From Polymyxa betae A26-41 (Eukaryota; Protista; Endomyxa: Phytomyxea): a stretch of 64,000 nucleotides of DNA. Below are positions 26,550 through 39,899 of this stretch, piece after piece. The notes below the pieces were generated by a model. The model worked only from the letters and a program-made list of their open reading frames with translations. It was not told the origin of the DNA and searched no databases. Numbering within the stretch: the first letter of the stretch is position 1; every line of letters begins with the position of its first letter. The stretch covers positions 62,001 to 126,000 of the forward strand of contig RBZT01000588.1 of the NCBI GenBank assembly GCA_003693705.1, given 5' to 3'. Position numbers and translations under genes: made by a program.

Positions 26550-27831
26550 TTAAGGCAAAAGGTTTCGAATATGAGCTAAACCTTTGGCACAAAACCTAGG
26601 CCTTCTACGACTTGATGTTGGAGTCGGTTCAGGAAGCTGGAATTCTTCTTGGTCGAAGTATTCCAGCACACAAGCTGGTAGCTCGTCAACAACAGCATCA
26701 GAAGGGACAAACCGCCCTAAACGCGAGAGATTAACGTCAATAAAGTACGACAAAATTAAACAAACCTGTTGCAGTCGCAGGATCGCGCTTTTGGAATCCA
26801 ATAATGAGAACGGTGATATTATCGTCACTTTGTTTCCTTAATGCTTCACGAACAAGAAATTCGCTTGCAGTATCTACACAGTTATACCTAATTGATCATT
26901 ATCAGAATATCTAATAGCAAGCAAGGAGGAAGCACGTACCTAGCAAGATGAGCTCTGGCAAAGCGAATAGCTTCAGCGCTATCCATAACATCCCATAGCC
27001 CATCGCAGGCAACAATTACGAATTCGTCGTCAGCATGAATATTGACCTAATCGGCAATGACTTTGCTGCGTTTCAGAGCAATAAAAGGGCAACTTTGGTG
27101 ATTTCTGGGGATGCGCTGAGCCCACGAGTTTTCAGGCCCAGCTCACAATCAAAATCGCCGATAGCTCGTGATACTTCCAGGTATCCATTCAGTAAATTCC
27201 ATTCGACGGTACCGCCATTTTGGACAACACGCTCCATTTCTTTATCGCTAACCAGGCGTTATCCAGTTTGAAAGAAAGCATATTGTTGCTTGGGTACCAT
27301 GTCGGTTTGTGATCCGCTGTTAGATGAATGGCTTTGCCATTCCTACATAGAACAGCTCGCGAGTCGCCGGTATGGGCGATATGGAGCGTATCTCCAATCA
27401 ATATAGCCGATACACAAACAGATCCAGATTCCTCATTATTGCGGCGTGCTATCTCCAAAAATTCTTTATCTGTAAGCTCGAACCTTAACGGTTTTAGCAT
27501 CGGCAAGCATAGCAAGACCATTAACCCACCCTTTGATCATGGCTTCGCCAATATCAGCGCTGACCGGTATGCTCCGAGCTATATTTCGGTGTAAATTCTG
27601 TTGGCAGAACTCGGCAGCAGCGGCCCCAGCATGGCCATCGAACAGACCGAAATAAAGAGAGCTACGAGTGAGAGGGAAATAAACTGGGGGCTCTGAGGCA
27701 GATTGAATCTCACGAGCGACCAGGTCGGTAAACTGCTGCTCGATAATGTGAAAATCCTCCATCACCCGACGCCTGCCCTGATCCTGATGGACTCCATGGC
27801 GAATGCGGACACGACTGCGGCCATCAATCAT
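26550..27831 (-). CDS. Protein phosphatase 2C (PPM family)
   Basis: QGRRRVMED, FGLFDGHAG, GDSRAVL, DHKP, EVSRAIGD, ACDGLWD, DNI. Confidence 0.95.
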
Positions 27832-28251
27832 ACGGCAACAGAAACCACGATGATCGAAACCCCGTCTACCTGTAGGTTGCTTGGTAATCCGAGTCCGTGT
27901 CAAACATTACATCGTCATCGCTGCTCATAAGGTAAATCTCGACAATCAAAACGTCAGAAAAGTTCTCAGAAAGAGGCCGTGGCCCGGTCGTCAGAGAAGA
28001 TGGTGGCGCGCGCCTAAATTCCCACTCCCTGCTTCGCACATTTTATTCTTCATACTTTTTCCAACACAGTGACGGACGGAAGTTAAATCTGATTCTTCCA
28101 GCGTAGAGCTGAGGAGCTCATCCGTGATGACTTTCAACATCACACATTTCTGCATAATGGGTTTCTTGTAAAAAAAATAGATAAACATGAATTGTTTAGG
28201 AGCTGAGTGCGGAAATTTAATGACTTTTGTGGAGACAGGACAGAACTGTCA

Positions 28252-29820
28252 TTAGCCGAAAAGCTGGGTCAACACTAAACCAAGATTATCAGAATTAAAA
28301 ACTGAGATGAACTGCATTCCCTACTGTATTGGCCACCGCAAGAAACCACTCCGATTCCACACCATTTCGTTTTGCTCAGTAAGTTTTTGCAATGACCCTA
28401 CGCCTGATTTACAGAGCATTTCGTAACAGAAGAAAGGCACCTACAGGTGAGTTTATCCAACCGTCAACGGCGCCTTTGGCAGGATCGGATCCGCCTACTC
28501 TGGAAACCTCAATCAGCAATCAAATTTGCAGTAAACGCAAAGACGGGAAATCGAAGAAACCCGTTAGCATTGCAATGCTAACCTTGCTAAGTTTTCAGCA
28601 GCCATGTTAGATTTCATAGGATACATTGCCACCCGGTCCTTGAATCCCTGATGGCTAAAAGGCACTTTGCCATCAGCCATGTCTTGCGAATGATCAGCTC
28701 CGATATCAGCCAGAAACTGATGCCAACGAAGCGCAGGCAGGCCACGGCTGGCGCGAAATTCATTCGTGTATTTCAACGCCAACTCGCCTATTTGCTTAAG
28801 ATTGTAATCGGCATTCCTCCGTCGGTCGCGCTGTGAATATCTTCCTAGATCACTCTGAGTATTCATGATTTTCCTAAGCGCTTGTTCGTAAAGAAGCTGA
28901 ATGAAAAACAATGGAAACGTGAAATTACCAATTCGAGCAACTCGGTTCTCTTCTTCAACATCAGCAGTAGCAAGATCAGCAAGAGTCACAATGCGTCCTC
29001 GCGACCGTGCATATCTTTGGTGCTGACGTTGGCGAATCTCTTTGAGCTGCTGCGAGATCCTTGGATTTAGATACGAGTCACGCCCCATTCGAATGGTTCC
29101 TGAAGCGTTCGGCGCTGATAAGTTGCCTGAACGAAGGCGGGACTCAACCAATTCAGCAATCTGCAATCGCGATGGCCTTGGTCTGACTGGTGGCCGACTT
29201 AAAGGGATCCTTGGAGGAGCCGGGACCTTGCCAGATCGACCAGCAGTTTCAGTAGACTTTGCTAAATGAAAGATCAGCCAGGGCTGTTAAAAAATTAACG
29301 ATTGCTTTGGCTTCCTGAAAATTGTGCTGAAGAGCGAAAAGACGCTTACATGATGATGGAGTCCTAGCAGGGGCCGGCGGCTTGGGTGCAGGTCTCGATG
29401 GAGCGTCTTCAATCACCTCGATTCCTGTCACTTCGAAAGTTTGATCTTTAATCTCTTTCAACACTTCATCCATGTCAATGGCAGGAGCTTGAACCGGGAA
29501 ACCCATCCAAATCTCATCAGCTTTATTATTATCGCCAATATCGATAAACTCCCAGCCACAAGCTAACCCAACCATCAGCAAAAACTGAGATTCGCTGTAA
29601 ACAAGGCACCTTCCAGGACCTCGATAGAGCTCTCATATTTCGTGAGCTTATCAAATAAGGCAGGGTTTGATAATCGGATTCGATGACGCTCAGGATTCGG
29701 CTCATTAACTCCCTGCATGAGCCGGCTCAGAACCCTCAGCACATCTTCGGCCTGCTCGGGCCCAGCCTCGACACACAGGCGCCGCAGGCGAGCTCGCAAC
29801 GTCGGCATCATGGTTGCCAT
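28252..29820 (-). CDS. PUB-like domain plus C-terminal CAP/SCP (PR-1-like) domain protein
   Basis: N-terminal NPERHRIRLSNPAL...ACGW (PUB-like); C-terminal TNEFRASRGLPALRW, HSQDMA, AAENLA, GWINSP.GH.KNLL, CGIGV, LTQLFG*. Confidence 0.8.
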
Positions 29821-30334
29821 GGTTTCGCGACCGATTCAATTCAGAACCTAACTCGTCCGAGTCCGACTAGAACACAGCATCCAAGTCGATGGTGAGTTCG
29901 TTCGGACTGCGGGTAGACGATTGATTTGCTGTGAAGAAATCGCCTTCTTGTAATCCAATGTTGTGTTGACGTTACGAAACCGTCGTCCCCAAAAGGATGA
30001 ATGAGTAGAGTCCCCGACTTGCATCAGAATGTCTAAAAGCATGCAATTGCCACGAGTTTATCAGGATATAATTTTTTTGACCTAATCTCAAGATAAACAG
30101 AATGAAAGAATCATCAGGAAGAAAATGCCGACAGAGTGAAAGACTAACTTTGAAACGTCTCAAATTTATCTAGGACGCCCAACAGGGCAAAACGCTAGTA
30201 GATTTGTAGCAATGAAATGGCTCTTCTCAGCATTACTATGTGTTATTCACAAGATGGGCTTAAGCTGTACGAAATGTCTACTGGAATGGCGATTCAAAAC
30301 GCAATCAAATCGAATAAATAAATTTTACAAGACA

Positions 30335-31048
30335 TTAATATTTTCGTTTTTTAGGTTTCAGCTTTTTCTTGTTGGGTCTGGTAGCCACAATCTCGGCCGC
30401 CTTCCTCTTCATATACGAACGTACGTTGTCGTCTGCGAGCAGCTCGCGAGCCAGTGATGTGTGCCGATCACGGTTTGCCAAACGAGAAGAGTAGAATTCG
30501 TGTGGCGCTTCGATGACGGTTCCGATTTCGAAGTACTTTGGTATCTGCATGCCTTTCTTTCCGTCTCGTTTGTAATGCCGCTTAGGATCCAGAAATCTGA
30601 AAAACAAGCTAAGCCAAGCGGCCTCTATACAGATTGCAAAAATAAAATGGTAATCCGTAAAAGCTCGATAAACAGTTAAAACCAGAACGTACGCTCGATT
30701 TCGTAGAACACGAAGGTCGTCGCGAATTTCTGGGGTAATTTCAGGACATGACATATTGAACCATCCCTTTCCAGCAGAGTCGATTTTCTTTCCCGGTTGA
30801 TTCTTCTTAGAAAACGAAGCCTCGGGTAATTTCGGCATAGCATTGAGCTTACTGATGCCATTCGAGGTGCTTAGGAATGAACTGGGGGTGACGCCAAGGA
30901 ATTCCAATGACGATCCGACCGAAAGATCAGGAAGATCTTCAACAGCAGGAGAATGAGCAGATTCAATAGCCGATTGGAGGCCAAACATTAATGCATTTTC
31001 AAATGTAGAGCTTGCAGCATCAGCGCAAGGCTCTAAACTAACACTCAT
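30335..31048 (-). CDS. FCF2: rRNA-processing protein Fcf2 (DNTTIP2-like)
   Basis: SAGKGWFNM, DLRVLRNRA|FLDPKRHYK, PKYFEIGTVIE, FYSSRL; contains an in-frame intron. Confidence 0.92.
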   Translation of the reverse strand: MSVSLEPCADAASSTFENALMFGLQSAIESAHSPAVEDLPDLSVGSSLEFLGVTPSSFLSTSNGISKLNAMPKLPEASFSKKNQPGKKIDSAGKGWFNMSCPEITPEIRDDLRVLRNRAYVLVLTVYRAFTDYHFIFAICIEAAWLSLFFRFLDPKRHYKRDGKKGMQIPKYFEIGTVIEAPHEFYSSRLANRDRHTSLARELLADDNVRSYMKRKAAEIVATRPNKKKLKPKKRKY

Positions 31049-31390
31049 TCGTACAACAAAAATAAAGATCCTGAAAACCAGACCTGTCGGATTTATCGTC
31101 ATCCTTTCGGGGTCCGTCACGGACTTTTTTCGAAAAATATTCTGGGAAATGAAGTTTACAGCCGTATTTATATACAATTATTAATATATAGGTTGGTAAA
31201 CTTTGCATTTCAAAGATTTCCCATTTGTGGAGCAAATATCTACAGTACTGCAGGCAATTCTTCATAATCAACTATTCAGTTGTTCAGCCAACTTTTCCAA
31301 ACGGCGCCACTTAAATAAACAAGGACGCTAGCTTTCAAACTTTATAAATAGTTGACAGTTATATATACATCATAATATTATATGACACAG

Positions 31391-34300
31391 TTAAAGTTTA
31401 GCAAGAAGTGGGATTTCAGCAATCATTGCCCGACGCAGAGATGTTCTAAGAAGCGTTATTTCGGTATTTCATGAAACAATAAAACCCAGCAGACCTGACA
31501 ACTGGAGGACGTTTCCGCAATAAATCGATGCGATGTATCAGCTGTTGTAGCTCGACGCCATCCTGATTCATATTGCTTCAGAGCTCAAAGATAAAATCGA
31601 TTGCAATGAATACCTGAAAATTGGGATTTATGCTGATTTCTGTTCGGTACCTCGGAGGTTGAACGGATTCCGAAGACTTGCGCTTTATTCTTTTCTCCTT
31701 TCCTATCTGCTTCCTTGTGCGATCGACGATATTGAACTCTTCGTGAAAGGCAGTCAACGCGTTTCGAAGTGTATCACCAGAGCAACTTTCGTAGAAACAA
31801 ATCATCGATTCATGATAAAGAGTTGTAGCGAGCCACTGAGTACGAAGAATAACCTAACATTGGGAATGAGAAACATGAAACTATCGAGAGAAAGAAAGGT
31901 GTACCTGATGTTCGTCGTGACTTCCTTCCAACGTATGCAGAAGTAGCCCAGCAACATAATAGCTGTCAATAAAAGGCCAACATAAAGTGCACAGAAACGA
32001 GAACATTGCTTCCGACGCAATCTCCACCCTTCCATTCGACCGCAAACGAAAAACGCCTCGGCTGACCATCAAATTGAAGCTGGAATCGAAATCTTCGGGA
32101 ATTGCTGGATTTTGAGAAGTTAAGATCTCCCGTTTGATCAACGAGAACAGAAACGTCGCCGATGTAAATAACAGACCGCAGTCGACGCCTTCAGAAGAGT
32201 CTAGGCCGATTGAATGGAATGCGCAGGCCCAGATTGCTTCTCGGAAGAAAACGTGGACGATCTTGTTGCGATAGTGTCCCAACAATAGCATGTTCGGATA
32301 GTCGCATCGCTGGCTGATTTTCGGTTCAAAAACATCATGGTGGCGTTCTTCGATCAAATCGCGTAAAAGCTTAATTGATCTGCGAACAAGCCATTCGTGT
32401 TTTTCAGACTCAAAAAAACATAGCCTGCCATTTCTGAGGCGAATTTCTCTACGCAGCCAATCAAATTTCAAGGCTAGTTGAGTCTCCGATATGCCTCTTC
32501 GATACATCAGCAGCAAAGTCGCTAAAATATGGGTAGGCATGATTTCGCCTGCATTCTGCAGCTCCCAGCAGACACGATATGCAATAGATTTGGTTACAGT
32601 TGACAAATCCTGCCCTTTAAAAAGTTGTGCTCGAATTGATATCGGCTCTCTAATGTGAATGGAAACCCGACCAAAACTGAATAGCCTTAATCACTAATGA
32701 GTAGCTATGAGCAAAACACTTACTGTGAATTTAAAACCGACGATGAAGCAGAAAGAAGGTTTCTTAAGGTTTCTTTCATTTTAGAACTTCCTTGCAATTC
32801 CTTCGAAAATAAACTGCCTTCTAATGTCTTTTCGTAATTAATAGCAATTGGTCTATGGCAGCAATGTTAGTATTTTGAACCCAACTTGGCAAATATCATA
32901 CACGATGTAAGCATCACGAATGTCCCCGTTCATAACAGTATTCACAATTGTTCTCAGCATTCCAAGCTGTGGATGGACCATCTTCCCGCTGCGGCTACGC
33001 GATCCTTCAATGAAAAACTCCAGAGATTTCCCTATGAACTTCTTATCCAACAAGCTGCAATGCAACACGAAAAATCGCACCCAAACAAAGCAGCTGTCGC
33101 ACGTATTCAGAAAACAGGGCTTTGTACAGATCATCACCGTGGAATGAACGGCGAATAAAGAATGCCCCAGAATGTCGAAACAGCCATCGAACAACAGCGA
33201 GCCTAAGTCAGTTCAGGCCTTAAACAACTCTGAATAAATTCGCCACCCACTCTAAGAAGTCGTCTCCTGCAGCGATAAAAGGTATTGGCAGGCGATGAAT
33301 AAAGCAAAGATAAGAAACAAGAAGAAAATCCATATATGATCTATGTGTCGGAATATAGATAATAGGAATCTCATCTTTTGCAGCTTTACGAACCCATTCA
33401 ACGCCAGGAAGGTTGACGAGAATATCTTCGTACAGACGACCAAAAAGCTTCTTTAGCATTGCCGCCATCGAAACCAACACAGCAGGTCGGGTTTCTCCAA
33501 TCATAACGTCGAGTAGATGTGAAGCATGGGCCGAAGCTTGAGCAGGAGACACATCTGGCTCGCGCTCTGTAAGAGCAGTCAAAACAGCTTGAACGCGAGG
33601 AGAATTCAATACGGCTGTTCGCATCTGGGAAATGTTTGGTCCCGATATCGAATGCTGCTGCTTAAGTTGGAAGGCTGCCCATGATAAGTTTGGTAATAGC
33701 CTAGAGATATAGCCTAAGGCCATAATGATCATCAGCACACCCAGCAAGTTCGGACCATACCAGCGCCAGAGCCATTTTCATTTGTGTTTAGAGAGACTTG
33801 ACGCGAAAGTCGAGGATCGCCAACTTCAATTAAATCCTCTTTCAGGACAAATTTTAGCAACCCATACCTAAAGAAAAAGTTTTCACGGCATGCTGATTTA
33901 CATTTAACTGGGAACTTACGCGAAGGTTTTATGGTATTGGTTGTAATCAAGCTGGCCAAGATCCAGCCAAAAGGTCTCAGCTTCGTTCGCTGGCTGTCCA
34001 CTTAATGTAGAGAACAAATTCTTGCTCTCAAATCTCCATTCTGTTGAGTAAAGTTAAAAATGGCTGCTTAGTTTCGGTCGATTCTTGCCGTTTTCGGTGA
34101 AATATCGGAAGGCGTTCACGATGAAGGACATTTTCATGACGAGACGCTGAAATTGTTCAGCATTTCGCTTCTGTGATTTCGTCCCAATTAAAGCTAAAGC
34201 ATTTAGCACAGCGGAAGGAATGCCATATCTAGCTAAAAATTCTAGTTCGTAAAGAGTTTGATTCGAAACCATTTTGAACGAAAGATTGTGAGTTATTGCA

Positions 34301-35596
34301 TGCTCAGACATATGCGTCCGAAAAAAAGGAGGAAGCTAGATAGTACAGTCAACATAATTGAATGATGGATACAACAAACATACAGTTTCAATAGCTTGCC
34401 GCCATCGCCATGGTTTGCATACCGATGCGGCCGCCTGACATATGAAGAACTTGTTTGGATGGACGAATGCAGCTGGAATAGATAAAACAACTGCATTAAC
34501 GACAAAATCAACAGGAACAATATCTCCTATATGGTCAGGATTGCCTGTGATTTGAAGTTATTTTCAAATCGTTTTTTTAACGCAAACCACCTGACCAGGC
34601 AAAATTCTCAACACCCCCAAAGCACCAGCCACATAGATAGCCCCCGCAGCTGAAATGACATCAATCCAACCTGGGACTGGCTCCAGCCATGCAGCTCCAA
34701 TCATAGTTGGGCGAACCATAGAAACAGCATATTTGCTACGCCCAGAGCAACGCTCATGGATAAGATGTTCGGTAATAAACTTTGTAAAGGTATACGTGTT
34801 GGGCCAGTCTCCGATCAACCCATCAACTGTCACTTTCTGCAACTCTCTGCTGCTGAATCGAGAAATTGTCGACAGCATGGCATGAATCTCGAAAGGACAT
34901 GGATAAAGGCGTTCGCTGACAATAGCGCCACTTGGCTGTGTACAATTTGTATATGCAGTTGAAATATGGACAAAACTAACAATAACACAAATCAGTTAAG
35001 TGATCAAACGCTCAGGCCTCCTCTTACGCAATCAGATCGTGGCAGGCATCTGCGACGTCGAGGACCCGCATGGTCCCATAAACGTTTTGCTCAACAGCGA
35101 GATCAAGACGTAGATTGAAATCGACAGATGCTGCACAGTGTATAATGATGCTGGCATTCGCTTTGATTTCCTCCAACATGTCACTTGATAAACCTGACCC
35201 CCAAGTAACTTAACTACTCGAAGCGTGTGCTCGACGGAAATACCAAGATTCTGTTGGGCAAGATCACCTGAAGCGGCAATGATTTTCTTATGTACAAGCT
35301 GCTGAAACCGATCTTCGCCAAATTCTGAGCGCAATCGGTTGAAAACAGGAGACAAGATGATTTCTTTTTTGACTCGTTCTGAAGCCGAGCATCCTTTTGA
35401 AGGACGAACTAAGACGTGCACAGACCGTAATCTAGACAAAATGGATAAACAAAGACTCTCGCTTGGCTCCACATAATCACAATTCATACCCGGGAACACA
35501 TCTCAGAAGCTTTTCCAGCAAGACTTTGCCAACAAATCCCGTTCCACCAGTTAAAAAAATGCAGCGACCTTCGAGCAATTCTAAAACCGATGACAT
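31391..35596 (-). CDS. Bifunctional fatty acyl-CoA reductase / DHAP (glycerone-phosphate) acyltransferase (FARAT-like), peroxisomal
   Basis: N-terminal [17 protein letters not shown] and WPNTYTFTK (FAR); PTHRSYMD and [12 protein letters not shown] (acyltransferase); C-terminal LLAKL* is a PTS1. Confidence 0.9.
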
Positions 35597-35917
35597 GCCT
35601 AAGGATCGATCCCGTTCAGCCTTTCGCATCAGCGAAATAAAAATTCCGCCGATTCTCCTTTGAAAGGCAATTGAGCACTTGAGGTTACCCGCCTTCTGTA
35701 CTTAAAGAATTGTACTTAGTGCGCTATCAAAAGTCGCCTAAACGTTGACATCAGTCAATCTAGTATAGATCACAGCAAAAATGCAGAGAAGTCATCAGTG
35801 TATATAGTCGGCCATCCTGATAACAGGTTCTGCTTCGATGTCAAAACAAAATTTAAGTATGCCCAGTTGTTGTGATTTAGAATATTATAATTTGAATACG
35901 TGCCGGCCACGATGCTA

Positions 35918-38900
35918 TTATTGATTCGATGAGAGTTCAAGAAATGAGGGCGAACTGGTGGCCTGATGATTGCTTTGATTCCGCCTTAGAACTTTCGTTG
36001 CTTGTTTATCTAGAAACGAATTCTCATACAGGAGTAGAACGTCTTCTGCCGCTCGTTCAGGTTGTTGATGAGGAGCTTCTACATGACCCGCCATTTCGTT
36101 TCTTTTGTCAAGCAAGTCGCGAAATTCAGCTCGTAAACCTGCTTTGACTTGAGAATGGATGAAATTACTCTGCAGCTATGATATATCACCTCCAATACTC
36201 TTGGCTTGATTCCTTTCGTCGTCTGAGTGCATCGTATTTAACAATGATTGATTTTCTGAGTGTTCCATTTGATTAGAATGGGCTTGCATTCCCGATAGAA
36301 AAGAACGCGACGCACCCGTGTTGACCTATGTGTACTGAAAAATGCTATATAACAAAGAATACGAAGCGAGTTACCCGGTAACTTGGCTCGGTTTTAGCCT
36401 GGCTACTCTCTTGATTCCTTACTAGTTCATTATTTTCTCTATTGAATCGCCTTACCGTCAGATTGGGAGAATGCACTTCCTGCTGTGAATGCGTTTCCGC
36501 TCTGCCCGAAGGTGTTTTGCTGGCGTGATCATAGAGTCCAGTATCCTCTATTTCTTTCTGAATCCTTTCCCGTTCTTGAAGTTGGAAGTTCTCTATGGAT
36601 CTGGGATAGTTTTCGAACTCTGCATATTTCATCATAATTAGCGATTGTAATCATTCAGCAAACAAACCAGGGTAGAATCCGCTATGAAGGACAATCCAAG
36701 CTTCGTCGTTAGGTGACAATTCGACTGGGCAGTTTTTACGCAATCGATATCCATCTTGGATTAATCGAGCGACTGATGATCCAAGAATATTCGAGCCTAC
36801 AACAAACTGTTCGATATGGCTGGCATAGTTATGAGAAACCGTTAACAGACTGTCAAGGAAAGCGATTACCTTTGAGAAGTCATCGTTAATATCGCTTTTC
36901 GAATTTGACAAAGATATGCGACGACGATGAAAACAATAAACGAAGGCTTGTTGGATATAATATGATCGAAAAGAATTAACCACTCCGATTTAGGTAAAGC
37001 ATCCGTAAAAAGAGACCTCAATAATGGCCAGGCGTAATGGCTGGAACCAACTTCATGTTTCTGAAAATGTGTCAATATGAAAGCAGCATAACGTCACCAC
37101 TGTCAAACAAAGCAACGGCGTAGATTCCTAAACCAAAATGCATATATATGAACTGACCCGAAAATGCAGAACGAGATCTGGATCTTGATGTTCAAGAAGC
37201 CGTTCAACTTCATTCAGCGCTAGCACAGGGGGGTTTGGAAAAAATTCAAACCAATGACGACCCCAGTTGAGCAATAACGTCATAACGGTTTCAAAAACCA
37301 CATTGTTGTCAGCAGGATAGATACGAAGGAATGGGAACACAAAGGCAGGCAAATAATCTACCTCACTGAAGAGTGGGCACCTAATGAGTTGGAAAGGGAA
37401 TGAAAACAAGTAAATATAACTGAAAGATCTACCAATAGAATAGTGCTGAGAGAACCTGGCAAAGCCGGCGTAAGAGCCTTCGATCTTGTAGAGGATATTG
37501 GTTATGGAAACTCTTAAGTGCAGGGTGTAAGCCTCTTGAAAGATATGCATTGAACTGTTCGTGATTTTCTGGCAATCTTAAAAGTATTCTCCATATGATC
37601 GCACGGTATTCAGCTGGATACTAAAACCAGCTCAGAAAACTCCATGCATAGATCAAACATCAAATCCAAAGTATAGAGCTGATTGCAAACGTTGAACATA
37701 CTTCGCCATGTGCTTTCAATAGAGATTTGAGCTTGAGAGGATCAAGAAGAACGCTACTAACCGGAGACCCGATTCGATGGTTAAACGGATCTGTCTTGAC
37801 TCTGGTAACTAAATTCAGCTGCAAAATAGGAAGAGACAATCGAGCAGTGCATACCGATCACTGTCGTAACCGTCATCTTTCGAGTCCTGAACGCTTTTGA
37901 AGTTATCTTTCTGCATTTCAGTTAATGAAGATTCCAAGCATCTTTGCAAAACAACCTTCAGTTCCCGCTCTAGGGAATCTTGTTGTACCGATTTCATTTT
38001 TACTGGAATCGATTTCAACTCTTCATGGGATCCACCAAGTTCTGGGGCATTCTTTTAAGAATTCAGTGACAAATTTGCAGTGCAGTACCGCCCATGCACC
38101 TTCATTCTGGCCTTTTGAGCGATATATTCAGTCTCGAAAGCCCTGTTTAAATCATAGAGCGAAATACTGCCGTCATCCATCAAACATGTACAATAGCGCC
38201 CACCTGGTGCCAGATCGAAATCTAGCTTACAAACATCAGGTCAGAATATTGGATTTACATTGAAAAAAGCTTATCAGGCACCTCGAATTGCTTTGTTTCT
38301 GTCATGGATTTTGAGAAGCAATCTAAGATTCAAAATGTTGAATACTACAATGCTACCGTCGTCGACAAGGATGACAGCAACATCAGTGTTAGATAAGAAC
38401 TGGACTTTAGAAGCATAAGAAGCTGGTGCTGGTAATACAGCGATCCTTAAAAGTCTGCGAGATAAATAAGAAACCAAAGGTAAAGGAATGCAAATTTGTT
38501 TCCAAACACGGTTGTCTTCAATTCCCACAGATGTAGAAGGGGATGGTTGGAGATTCCAGCTAGCAGATAACGACAATCGCTGCTGACAGAGAAACATGAC
38601 ACGTCGACGGCCGAATCAGATTTGCCCAGCTGATAGAGCATCTTAAAAGTCGATGCATGCCATGCAATTACACCCTCATTAGATACGCTGGTAAATATAC
38701 AACTTCCTAAATGAGATACTCTGAGCCTTGTCGAAGCTCTGTTTTCAATGAGTGTTACCGGATGGTGCATACGTAGTCTGTAGTAAAGGAGATGCTGCAG
38801 TCTCAAGAGTTCGTTTCCGGCGCCAATCTTGAGCATTCCAAACTATTACACGATCTTTGGATGTACTTGCTAGACTTTCTCCATTTGGACTAAACGACAG

Positions 38901-39416
38901 GTATGATACCTACGATGACAACAAGGTCAGTACGTTGATGTTTAATGACCAGAGATGTATCCAGTCAAATTACTGGAAACAGATGCTTTCACCTGAGAAC
39001 GATGACCTTTCAGCGAAGCCAGAAGCAAGGCAGATTCTGTATCGAATATACGTATGACATTATCTTCAAAGGCAACGGCAGCGATTGTATGCGGGGAAAG
39101 CGATGTCGACATCGCTGTTGGTGAAATCCCACCTCGGTAAATAAGCGAATATCTAACAGATGATATAAGTGACCTTGATGACACTATTGGTGCGTTGAAA
39201 CCGATTTTGAAGAACATGGAACTGATATATGTTGCCTCGTGAGTCGCCAATAGTGAACTTGTCACCTCGGGCATTGAAACGAACTACAACGATAATAGCC
39301 CGATGTGTGACAGCTGACTGAATCACCGAGATTAACCCATCTGTCTGAGTGCAAGGCGGCCTTGTCCAAATACGCCCTCCCTGTCCCTGAACATGGACAA
39401 TTTGAGTCGCGATCAT
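35918..39416 (-). CDS. TBC1D31: WD40 plus TBC domain centrosomal/ciliary protein TBC1D31 (WDR67)
   Basis: GRIW.RPP...DG, GDSRGNIYQFHVLQNR, WD repeats, WFEFFPNPP, YAWPLLRSLF, EWLILFDHI. Confidence 0.85.
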
Positions 39417-39899
39417 GGCGACATTCACAATTACAGGTGGCACAGATAGCTGCACGATAGATGTAAGTCGTCAGAGCCAGCAGCGGCCTCCTATTGCAAG
39501 TTTCAATTTCAAGTTCAGGTTAGATCTGAAATGCTTTCACTAACCACATGCTCTCCGAGACCACTTCTAGAAATTGAATTCGGCTACAGATCAAAGTGTA
39601 TTTGACTGATATCAGACGCTACTGAAAGAACTCTCATCATGTTTAGGTATCTGTAGAGGCCTTTTATGGCTTTTGCAAGCTAAAAACAATCAACCAGATT
39701 ATTGCTGAGAGCACCAAATGATCTTAAAAGCCTTTTGTTTGTAAAGCTGCGATATACAGAGAGCTTTGCTCACAATTTAACATCTCATTTTTTTGTTACT
39801 ATTATGTATCTAGCCTTTGGCATGAGTTACATATTTCTCTCTACCATTCGGGCATGGTTTGCTGTTGGATCTCAATCATCACGACTTCAGGGTTTCCTG

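Noticed and set aside
39580-39660. Resemblance to the U2 snRNA 5' region (agatcaaagtgta)
   Set aside because: Lacks the GTAGTA branch-pairing sequence and the rest of U2
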